Shown here piece after piece: positions 26,848 through 35,068 of a stretch of 64,000 bases of DNA. The notes under the pieces are model-generated. The model had not been told where the DNA came from. It worked only from the letters and a program-made list of their open reading frames with translations, and did not search any database. Position 1 is the stretch's first letter. Each line of letters opens with the position of its first letter. Origin of the DNA: Bacteroidales bacterium (GTDB lineage Bacteria > Bacteroidota > Bacteroidia > Bacteroidales > UBA932); the NCBI GenBank assembly GCA_017474265.1, contig JAFVHZ010000103.1:614-64613 (forward strand), read 5' to 3'. The translations under genes were made by a program, and so were the position numbers.

Positions 26848-26952
26848 CTGACCGACCTTGATTAACGAAATGATGTCGGTAACGTGGACAAATCTTCATA
26901 TTTATGTAGTCCTATCCATAAATGTGATGTTCTGACCGACCTTGATTAACGA
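26848..26952 (+). repeat. Perfect 21-bp direct repeat CTGACCGACCTTGATTAACGA x2 (84-bp period)
   Basis: Copies at 26848-26868 and 26932-26952, upstream of the sigma-54 activator gene. Confidence 0.85.
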
Positions 26953-26968
26953 TATAATGTAGAAAGAT

Positions 26969-28117
26969 ATGAAGATTCTTATTATTGACGACGAAAGATC
27001 CATCCGCAATTCTCTGAAGGAGATTCTTGCAGATGAAGGATATGACGTGGATGTTGCAGAAAATGGAGCACAGGGATGTGAAATGGTGGACAAGGAGAAG
27101 TACAGTGTGATATTCTGCGACATCAAGATGCCGGAAATGGACGGAATGGAGGTCCTTGACAGACTTGCTGCTATGGGCATTGATGCTGCTGTAGTGATGA
27201 TTTCCGGACACGGGGATATCGATACTGCCGTCGAATGCATCAAGAAAGGGGCATTCGACTTCATCCAGAAGCCTCTGGACCTGAACCGCATACTCATTAC
27301 CATAAAGAACGCCACGGAAAAGGTGAGCCTCGTCAAGGAGACGAAGATCCTCAAGAAGAAGGTCTATGGTCAGGAGATGGTGGGAGAGTCTCCTGCTCTG
27401 ATTCATATAAACGAGATGATAGACAAAGTCGCTCCGACAGATGCACGAGTGCTCATAATAGGATCAAATGGTACCGGAAAGGAACTTGTAGCAAGGAACC
27501 TTCATCAGAAAAGTTCCCGTTCGGCTGCTCCGTACATCGAAGTGAACTGTGCTGCCATCCCTTCGGAACTCATTGAAAGCGAACTGTTCGGTCATGAGAA
27601 AGGAGCCTTCACTTCCGCCATCAAGCAGCATAAAGGCAAGTTCGAACAGGCTGACGGAGGTACGCTCTTCCTTGACGAGATAGGCGACATGTCTCTGGCG
27701 GCACAGGCAAAGGTGCTCAGGGTACTTCAGGAAAAGAAACTCTCAAGAGTGGGTAGCGACAAGGATATCATGGTAGATGTCAGAGTTCTGGCCGCAACGA
27801 ACAAGAATCTCAAGGAAGAGATAGAGAAAGGCCATTTCAGGGAAGACCTCTATCATCGTCTCAGCGTCATTGTCATAAATGTACCAACGCTTGACGAGCG
27901 AAAGAGTGACATTCCTCTGCTTGTTGACCATTTCATCGGACAGATATGTGCAGAGACAGGAATGACCCCTCGCGAAGTCGATTCCGATGCGATGCAGTTG
28001 CTTGTGGACAAGACCTGGACCGGCAACATCAGGGAACTCCGCAATGTGGTGGAGCGTCTTCTGATCCTTTCGGGAGCGCGGATCACTGCGGCTGATGTCC
28101 GTAGTTATGTGCTGTAA
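26969..28117 (+). CDS. Sigma-54-dependent response regulator (NtrC/NtrX family; receiver + AAA+, no evident C-terminal HTH)
   Basis: ILIIDDE, DIKMP, GSNGTGKE, GAFTSA, LFLDEIG and WTGNIRELRN. Confidence 0.9.
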   Translation: MKILIIDDERSIRNSLKEILADEGYDVDVAENGAQGCEMVDKEKYSVIFCDIKMPEMDGMEVLDRLAAMGIDAAVVMISGHGDIDTAVECIKKGAFDFIQKPLDLNRILITIKNATEKVSLVKETKILKKKVYGQEMVGESPALIHINEMIDKVAPTDARVLIIGSNGTGKELVARNLHQKSSRSAAPYIEVNCAAIPSELIESELFGHEKGAFTSAIKQHKGKFEQADGGTLFLDEIGDMSLAAQAKVLRVLQEKKLSRVGSDKDIMVDVRVLAATNKNLKEEIEKGHFREDLYHRLSVIVINVPTLDERKSDIPLLVDHFIGQICAETGMTPREVDSDAMQLLVDKTWTGNIRELRNVVERLLILSGARITAADVRSYVL

Positions 28118-28158
28118 AAAAAAGAGATCCGGAAAGCAAATTTCCGGATCTCTTTTTT
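28118..28158. terminator. Bidirectional rho-independent terminator
   Basis: A-run + GAGATCCGGAAA-GCAAA-TTTCCGGATCTC + T-run between convergent genes. Confidence 0.85.
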
Positions 28159-30694
28159 AGAAATCGGTCAGGAGTCGGAACTCGCCGGCCGGAAGTTCAA
28201 TTGATAATGAACTTCCATTATATGTTTCCGAAGAATCGAAGTGATTCTTCCATGTACCGTCAGATGGCATTGTCACTGTCAGTGTCTTTGCTGATGTCGC
28301 GAAGTTTCCGACCACGACGAAAGACTTGCTTCCTGCCGTGCAGGTGATGAAACGGCCCTCGTCCCAATCGTTGCTGCTTACCTTCCATGAGAATGACGCA
28401 CCTTCGTCAAAGAACTCCGGATTATCCTTGCGGAACTTGATGAGACCGCAGTATGTGTCATACAGGGACTTTCTCTCAGGAACGTCAAGATACTCCCAAT
28501 GCGGAGCCTTTCTGCCTGTACGTCCGTTTTCTTCTATGGAAATGTCATAACCCAGTTCTCCGAACTGCCAGATCATCTTTGGACCAGGTACGGTAAGGAA
28601 GAATGCCGCATTCAGTTCCTGACGCTGCATCATCACCGCAAGATCACCCTTTACTCCGGCCTCTCCGTATGTCTTCTGTCTGAAGGCATTTCTCTCTTCA
28701 TCATGACTTTCCATGAAACCGACATATCCTCCGAACTTCATTCCTGTAGAACCTGTCCAGAGATTATTGAAACTACTTTTGCTCTTTGTTCCCTGAGCCG
28801 CCTGACCATATTCGTAATTTAGATTTCTCCATACCTTCATGCCCGCTTCTCCGAGTTCCTTTTCCTCCTGATCGCAGCAGAAATGCTCAAGTATCACAAC
28901 AGCATCCGGACTTACCGATCTGATATAATCGTTGTACCCTTTAAGAATCCTTACACGGTCAGCATCATAGTTGGATGCTGTTGACTCTGTAGAACTGTTG
29001 TTGGTGAATCCCTTGGTAAGGTCAAAGCGGAAACCGTCGATATTATATTCTTCAAGCAGATACCCGAGACTTCTCTTGATATGATTCACAATGACTTCGT
29101 TCTCATGGTTGATATCCTCGAAGACACTGTATGGGTGAGGTGCGGTCTCATTGAAGAAAGGATTGATGCTCATAGGATACATCTTGTCAAAGGCATTGTT
29201 GCCTGTGAGATGGTTATAGACGACATCAACAAAAACAGCAATTCCCCTTCTATGACATTCGTCAATGAACTCCTTGTACATCTCGCGTGTACCGTATGCC
29301 TTGTCCATCGCGAAATAATGGTTAGGATTGTAGCCCCAACTGTCATTGCCGTCAAACTCCTGGATCGGCATGAGTTCGATCGCATTCACTCCGAGAGTCT
29401 CCAGGTAGTCCAACTTGGCCATGGCGTTCTTGAGATTACCTTCCTTACCGCCATTTTCAGTGAAGTCACGCAGGAGAAGTTCATATATGATGAGATCGTT
29501 CCTGTCCTCTATCTTGAAATCTGGCACCTGCCAATTGTAACTGTTGCGTCCGATTTCAAAAGCGGAAACATAACCTGCCGTTTCAGAAGGGTATTCCCTA
29601 AGTTCCGGATAAGTAGACGAAGGTATCCATTTGTCATCTCCGGAATAGACAATCTCGGCATAAGGGTCGCTCAGACGCATACGGTCATCCTCGTCACCGA
29701 TCATATACTGGAAGAGGTATTCCCTACCAGTGTCGAATCCTTCGCAAGTAATCCACCAGCAGCAAGCCTGATTATCTCGCTTCATCGCATACTCTCCTAC
29801 GCGCTCCCATCCGTTGAATTCACCTATAAGGTAACACCAGTCATAACAATTATCTTCACGGTCCTTATCGTAGAAGACGAAAGTAACGGAACCGTCTGCA
29901 TTGTAGTTGATTCCATGGTGCACACCTGCCGGTATGGCTTCCTCTACTACAGGATCAGCCTTGAATCCGAACTTGTTGTCCTTTACCGCATGAAACATAT
30001 CTGATGACTGAGCGGAACAGTCAGAATTTCTCACTACACAGCATATCCTGAACAATTCTTCATCTTCAAACCCAAACCATTCACGGATCGAAGGAGTAAT
30101 CTCAAGTTTCCAGATGTTGCGTACATCCGTTTTCTGGAACTTGCATCTGTCTGTATTCTCCTCCCATCCGGCCTGGACTTTATCCCATTCATTTATGCCG
30201 ATGTGGGCATACAGGTCATGATTCTTGTTGTGAAATGGTGATCCCTTTCCTGCCGAGAAGTAGAGGATACATGGTCCGTCAGCATCAGGAGTCTCGGGAT
30301 CAGTATAGATTCTGGTGACCAGTTCCGGCTCGACAACCTTGTCCTGGGCGATTGTCACTTCTACCTTCTTTGCCCCTTCTGCATTGATTGATATGACTGT
30401 CGAACGCCGCGCTCCTTCATTTTTTGGTGCTGAAACAGTGATGATACCATCTCCGCTGCCTGTCATAGGGTCGATTGTAACCCAATCAGCATCAGACTTG
30501 GAAATCGTCCAGGCAGAAGCATTAGACCTGATATTGAAAGTCTTCGAACCGCCCTGGTCAGAAAAAGTCAGAAGAGAAGGCTCCGCTTTAAGGGTCACAT
30601 CATCTTCAGGCTCTGTTATCGGCTCAGGCCCTTCACATGAAAAGAAGAGTACTGAACAGAGTATGGATAGAATGAATTTGAGTTTTGTCTCCAT
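28157..30694 (-). CDS. Surface lipoprotein GH13 alpha-amylase-family enzyme with BACON and CBM48-like modules (functional SusG equivalent)
   Basis: Lipobox FFSC, BACON-like W..W repeat, and GH13 regions SWGYNP, DVVYNH, DGFRFDL, ILEH, ESHDEER. Confidence 0.88.
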   Translation of the reverse strand: METKLKFILSILCSVLFFSCEGPEPITEPEDDVTLKAEPSLLTFSDQGGSKTFNIRSNASAWTISKSDADWVTIDPMTGSGDGIITVSAPKNEGARRSTVISINAEGAKKVEVTIAQDKVVEPELVTRIYTDPETPDADGPCILYFSAGKGSPFHNKNHDLYAHIGINEWDKVQAGWEENTDRCKFQKTDVRNIWKLEITPSIREWFGFEDEELFRICCVVRNSDCSAQSSDMFHAVKDNKFGFKADPVVEEAIPAGVHHGINYNADGSVTFVFYDKDREDNCYDWCYLIGEFNGWERVGEYAMKRDNQACCWWITCEGFDTGREYLFQYMIGDEDDRMRLSDPYAEIVYSGDDKWIPSSTYPELREYPSETAGYVSAFEIGRNSYNWQVPDFKIEDRNDLIIYELLLRDFTENGGKEGNLKNAMAKLDYLETLGVNAIELMPIQEFDGNDSWGYNPNHYFAMDKAYGTREMYKEFIDECHRRGIAVFVDVVYNHLTGNNAFDKMYPMSINPFFNETAPHPYSVFEDINHENEVIVNHIKRSLGYLLEEYNIDGFRFDLTKGFTNNSSTESTASNYDADRVRILKGYNDYIRSVSPDAVVILEHFCCDQEEKELGEAGMKVWRNLNYEYGQAAQGTKSKSSFNNLWTGSTGMKFGGYVGFMESHDEERNAFRQKTYGEAGVKGDLAVMMQRQELNAAFFLTVPGPKMIWQFGELGYDISIEENGRTGRKAPHWEYLDVPERKSLYDTYCGLIKFRKDNPEFFDEGASFSWKVSSNDWDEGRFITCTAGSKSFVVVGNFATSAKTLTVTMPSDGTWKNHFDSSETYNGSSLSIELPAGEFRLLTDF

Positions 30695-30714
30695 AAAGAA
30701 TAGTTTAAATGGCA

Positions 30715-30742
30715 GACAGAAGGCCGGTCAAGGCCTTCTGTC
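30715..30742. other. Intergenic hairpin GACAGAAGGCC-GGTCAA-GGCCTTCTGTC (possible attenuator or mRNA stabiliser)
   Basis: 11-bp perfect stem between the SusF-like and amylase genes; no clear U-tract. Confidence 0.5.
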
Positions 30743-30750
30743 CGAAAGAA

Positions 30751-32172
30751 TTATTTTGCAATGACCACACACTGTTTGGTGATGTCATTGAACAGGATGT
30801 CGTATGTGCCAGGAACAATCTTGCAGTTTCCTCCTCCAGCGAGTACGCAGAAGTTGCTTTCCTCAAGAGTGTTCTCACCCCAACTGTCGTCCCAAGTACC
30901 GTTTGCGGCAATCTTGAACTCAGCGTCGACTTCAAGTCCTGAGATGAACCAGTTGTGAGGAGCGATCTCCTTCATCTGGGTGTCAGGATTTCCTGGGTTC
31001 CAACCCTGGAAATTGCCTACAACAGCCATTGACTTATAAGTAGCAGCAACCTCAACCTTTGTCCAGGTATAGGTCATGCTGCCGATATCAGCCCTGAAGG
31101 TGTAATAACCTGTCTCAGGAACATGGATCGCTCCTGAATTCTGCTGAAGCGGAGCATTGAGAGCGGTATCTCCATCCTTTGGTGTACCGTAACATGCACC
31201 CCAGTTGTCTGTACCCATGTCATTTGCATTGATGAACTTGATATTTCCAGCAAACTCAGTGGTGTATGACATCACTGTCTTTGACTCAGGATACATCATG
31301 AAATTCTTGTCATTTACATTCCATGAGAACGGAGTGTCACCGAGAAGATAGTACTCAGGAGCAAGGGCCTTGATCGAATATGTGTAGTCCATCATGTTGA
31401 TGGTCATCATATACATGCCTTCCTCAGCAATCTTTCCTGCCTGAGGAGCCGTTGTGACGAGTTTTCCTTCCTTAGCGGTATCTCCATCCACAGCCACACC
31501 AAGAACACCTGTAGCACCTTCATTCCAAGCGTTGCCGGCATCATAGTTTGACTGAGGGATGATCTTCCAGTAGCAGTCAGCACCGGCAGTGAATGTAATG
31601 GTGAATACCGGATCCGCATATACATCCTTATCACTGTGGCTGAACTTGTAGTCCAATGCATTCTTATCATTCCAGTCATTCATGTTGCCGATAAGATAGT
31701 ATGCCGATGAAATGAATGGAGCCTCAGGCTTGAGAACCACGTCAAAAGCCTCGCTTTCATAAAGCAATGCAGTTCCGTCAACGATTGCATTAACCTTTAC
31801 GACAGTCTCGAAAGTCCTGTTTTCAGGACGCTTTCCGTATGCGTTCTCAACCATAGCCTGAAGTTCTCTGACAGACAGTTCAAGGTCTGACGCAACTTCA
31901 AATTCATATACGTCGTCAAAAGTAACATAATACTTGACATCATCTGCAGCATCAAGTCCTGTCACGGTAACAGTTCCGACAGCAACAGAATCCGCCTCTA
32001 CGGCAGCAAGGTCGATGGCAGCGACTTCCGCAACAGAAACGGCACCGGCAAGGGTCAAGATCTCATCCTGCTCGTTCATCTGAGGATCAGCAGGTTTGAT
32101 TCCGTAATCACCTGCGATGCAGCCAGTCAGGAAAAGACCGGCAAATACGCTCAAATATGCTAATTTCTTCAT
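30751..32172 (-). CDS. SusF-like (DUF5115-type) starch-binding outer-membrane lipoprotein
   Basis: Lipobox LTGC and tandem CBM-like units (YLIGNMNDW, YLLGDTPFSW, VVGNFQGW). Downstream of susD and the susE-like gene. Confidence 0.8.
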   Translation of the reverse strand: MKKLAYLSVFAGLFLTGCIAGDYGIKPADPQMNEQDEILTLAGAVSVAEVAAIDLAAVEADSVAVGTVTVTGLDAADDVKYYVTFDDVYEFEVASDLELSVRELQAMVENAYGKRPENRTFETVVKVNAIVDGTALLYESEAFDVVLKPEAPFISSAYYLIGNMNDWNDKNALDYKFSHSDKDVYADPVFTITFTAGADCYWKIIPQSNYDAGNAWNEGATGVLGVAVDGDTAKEGKLVTTAPQAGKIAEEGMYMMTINMMDYTYSIKALAPEYYLLGDTPFSWNVNDKNFMMYPESKTVMSYTTEFAGNIKFINANDMGTDNWGACYGTPKDGDTALNAPLQQNSGAIHVPETGYYTFRADIGSMTYTWTKVEVAATYKSMAVVGNFQGWNPGNPDTQMKEIAPHNWFISGLEVDAEFKIAANGTWDDSWGENTLEESNFCVLAGGGNCKIVPGTYDILFNDITKQCVVIAK

Positions 32173-32191
32173 GATTGTCATCTTTTATTGA

Positions 32192-33451
32192 TTATTTAAT
32201 CGAACCAGTACCCTTGGTGAAATTGAGGTAGAGTTTCTGTCCCTTCTTTCCGTTCACACGTTCCTGGTCTCCACCGGTCGCACGGTATTCGATCTTTCCG
32301 TTGAATGTCATGAACTCTGACTTCCACCATGTACCTGTATCAGGATTTCCAGAAGCGTCCTGGCCGACGATTACACATGCACGTACTCCGCCGTCACCAT
32401 CAGTATCGTATGCGAATGCAGGAGAAACGAAATCGGCATCAGCCTCGGCTGGAACAGTGAAGAGGTTAGCCTCATTGATGCTCCAGTCGTTTACAGGTGC
32501 ATTGGTACCCATGAGGTATACTTCAGGCTTATTGATGTCGAATGTATAGATGATGTCACGTCCTTCAACGACCATTCGTACTATAACAAGATACCAGCCC
32601 CCCTTGGTTACGACCATATTGCCGTCGCTTGAAGCCTTGAGACCTGCTGAAGCATTGTCATTGTACTTGTAGAGAGGATCGTCTGCGACATATCCGACTT
32701 CTCCGCCATCCCATTCCTTAGCGGCATTTACCTTGAATCCGCCGTCTGCAGGAAGATAGATAAGCCTCCAGTATGTACCGGTCTTACCCTTTCCTTCTGT
32801 GTTGTTTTCATTATAATGGATGAACTCGAGTGCTGTACCCCAATCCCAGTTATTGTACTGACCTACGATAAAGAACTCTTCCGGAGTGTAAACTTCAGGG
32901 AGAGAGTAAGGACAGCGAAGGTTGGCGATGCTTACTACATTAGATACGATCTCACCTTTACCGCTGGCAGCAAGAGATGCCTTTACCCTGATGTAAGCGG
33001 CTGTCTCGTAAGGAAACTTTGCTTTCATCTCATCCTCAGTAATATCTGGATCCTCTGCTACGAGATCAACCATTCTGAGTTGCGTGAGAGCAATTGCAAT
33101 TTCAGTTGCAGGAACATCCATACGTGCTGTAGAGAAGTCCACGTCAATGGTCACATAATCTCCAGTAACCTTCTTTTCGTCAAATTCATTGAGGAACTTT
33201 CCGTCTCTTGAAACCTGAATCTGATACTTTGTTGCTGCTGTAAAGCCATAGTCCGGCTGAGAGCAGGCAAGTTCTACAGACTCCGACTTTGCAAGGTCGA
33301 TGAAATTGTTCTTGAGGACCGGCTCGTTAAGAACGAATTCGGTAGGCTCAGTGAACACAGGTGTCTTATCCTGCTCTTCACATGCTGTGAAGGCAAGAGC
33401 ACCGATGAACAATGCTGATATAATATAAAGTTTTTTCATCTTTTTCATCAT
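32192..33451 (-). CDS. SusE-like starch-binding outer-membrane lipoprotein
   Basis: Lipobox FTAC, SusE N-domain (CSQPDYGF..KYQIQVS) and C-terminal WWKSEF CBM motif. Start may be 33439. Confidence 0.8.
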   Translation of the reverse strand: MMKKMKKLYIISALFIGALAFTACEEQDKTPVFTEPTEFVLNEPVLKNNFIDLAKSESVELACSQPDYGFTAATKYQIQVSRDGKFLNEFDEKKVTGDYVTIDVDFSTARMDVPATEIAIALTQLRMVDLVAEDPDITEDEMKAKFPYETAAYIRVKASLAASGKGEIVSNVVSIANLRCPYSLPEVYTPEEFFIVGQYNNWDWGTALEFIHYNENNTEGKGKTGTYWRLIYLPADGGFKVNAAKEWDGGEVGYVADDPLYKYNDNASAGLKASSDGNMVVTKGGWYLVIVRMVVEGRDIIYTFDINKPEVYLMGTNAPVNDWSINEANLFTVPAEADADFVSPAFAYDTDGDGGVRACVIVGQDASGNPDTGTWWKSEFMTFNGKIEYRATGGDQERVNGKKGQKLYLNFTKGTGSIK

Positions 33452-33457
33452 TAACTA

Positions 33458-35053
33458 TTAATATCCATCATTCTGATCGATATTGCCGTTGGCATTCTTG
33501 TCATTCTCTGGAAGAGGGAAAAGGTTCATGTGCGAACCGACAGACTTTCCGTCTTTGACGCCGCCTTTCCACTGCCAGAGATAATCTGCTGTGGTAAACT
33601 TTCCAAAGCGGATAAGGTCTGAACGGCGCCATCCCTCAAGTGCAAGTTCGCGTGCACGCTCATCAAGTACATCATTAAGAGTGTAATCCGAAACGCTTTC
33701 AAGACCGGCACGGTTACGGACAGCATTGTATGCAGCAAGACCGTCCACATTAACCGCACCACGCTTAGCACATTCAGCCTTCATGAGAAGAGCGTCTGCA
33801 TAACGGAATACAGGAAGGTCAGTGTTCACGAAACCTGGGTTTGTATATGAAACCTCACCGGTCTTCTCGTCCACCTTCTTTGTCTGGTTAGGAATCACCC
33901 CTTCGCTGGTCACGTTCCTGAACTTCATGAATGCGAATCCGTTCGTAAAGTCACTGATATCCTCGATGTCCTTTGAATGATCCTTGGTATAGAAGAGGTT
34001 ACGATCATCGTTTGTAGGGAATTTCTGGTAGAACTCAGGAGTTGTGCGGAGACCGCCCCATCCTGATGAGATTCCGACTTCATTGGTATCCATCTTTCCG
34101 CCTGTACAAGCAAAGATAAGGTAATTGGTCACACCGTAACTCTGAACATATACTCCATCCTGCTCCACTCCCCATATGATTTCGTCTGTACATCTGTGGT
34201 TGTCAGCAAGGAAAAGATCCTGGAATGCAGAGAACTTGCCGTTAGGAGTCGTGTGTAGTTTGTAAGCGCTGTCAAGAGTATTGAGGACAGCAACACACTC
34301 ATCATACTTCTTAGTACCGATATAAACCTCGGCATTGAGATAGAGTTTTGCAAGAATCATTGCAGCAACGCCTTTGTTTACGCGTCCGTAAACACTCTTG
34401 CCGGCAGCATAGAGAGGAGAGTTGTCGATAACATCCTTGAGTTCACCTTCGAGGTAAGTGAAAAGTTCTGCACGTGTCATCTGAACAGGAGTTGTTCCGA
34501 TAGGAGCAGTCTCGTCTGCATATGGAACGTTACCGAAATTATCAATAGCCTCGAGGAGGCAGAACGCACGGAGAGTGCGAGCCTCTGCCTTCCATATTTC
34601 TGCTTCAGGAAGAGCGATGGCAGCATTGTCAACCTTGCGGAGGAACTCGTTGAATGCAGCGATCTGATAGAATATTCTATAATAGTATGCTGCAACGAAT
34701 ACGTCAGTAGTTGTCCATGCAAGTCCGTGAAGATCCTGAAGAGTCTGGTCATTCCATCCGCAGACAGCCTCATCTGTTGTAAGACCGTTAAGATGGTAAC
34801 GGCCACGGAAATACTGGCTGAAACCGCCGTCGATACCGGAGATGTTGTTTGCACCGTTAGGACCATACGATCCGGAATTGGCAAAACCTGCATAGCACTG
34901 TCCGAGAAGAGACAGATAGTTTTCAGGGGTTGCAAGAGCCTGATTTGCAGTATTCAATGATGGGTCAATAGGAGTCACGTTCAGATCACCCACACATGCA
35001 TTGAGACCTGCAGCCAATACGATAACGCTGATTATATATTTCAATGTCTTCAT
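33458..35053 (-). CDS. susD: SusD family starch-binding lipoprotein (copy 1)
   Basis: Lipobox LNAC, TDEAVCGWND, FGNVPY, LAKLYLNAEVY, GWGGLR and ERARELALEGWRRSDLIRFG. Confidence 0.92.
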   Translation of the reverse strand: MKTLKYIISVIVLAAGLNACVGDLNVTPIDPSLNTANQALATPENYLSLLGQCYAGFANSGSYGPNGANNISGIDGGFSQYFRGRYHLNGLTTDEAVCGWNDQTLQDLHGLAWTTTDVFVAAYYYRIFYQIAAFNEFLRKVDNAAIALPEAEIWKAEARTLRAFCLLEAIDNFGNVPYADETAPIGTTPVQMTRAELFTYLEGELKDVIDNSPLYAAGKSVYGRVNKGVAAMILAKLYLNAEVYIGTKKYDECVAVLNTLDSAYKLHTTPNGKFSAFQDLFLADNHRCTDEIIWGVEQDGVYVQSYGVTNYLIFACTGGKMDTNEVGISSGWGGLRTTPEFYQKFPTNDDRNLFYTKDHSKDIEDISDFTNGFAFMKFRNVTSEGVIPNQTKKVDEKTGEVSYTNPGFVNTDLPVFRYADALLMKAECAKRGAVNVDGLAAYNAVRNRAGLESVSDYTLNDVLDERARELALEGWRRSDLIRFGKFTTADYLWQWKGGVKDGKSVGSHMNLFPLPENDKNANGNIDQNDGY

Positions 35054-35068
35054 ATTCACTTGTCTGTT

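Noticed and set aside
26848-26952. Mini-CRISPR interpretation of the 21-bp repeat
   Set aside because: Only two copies, a 63-bp spacer, a short non-palindromic repeat and no cas genes.
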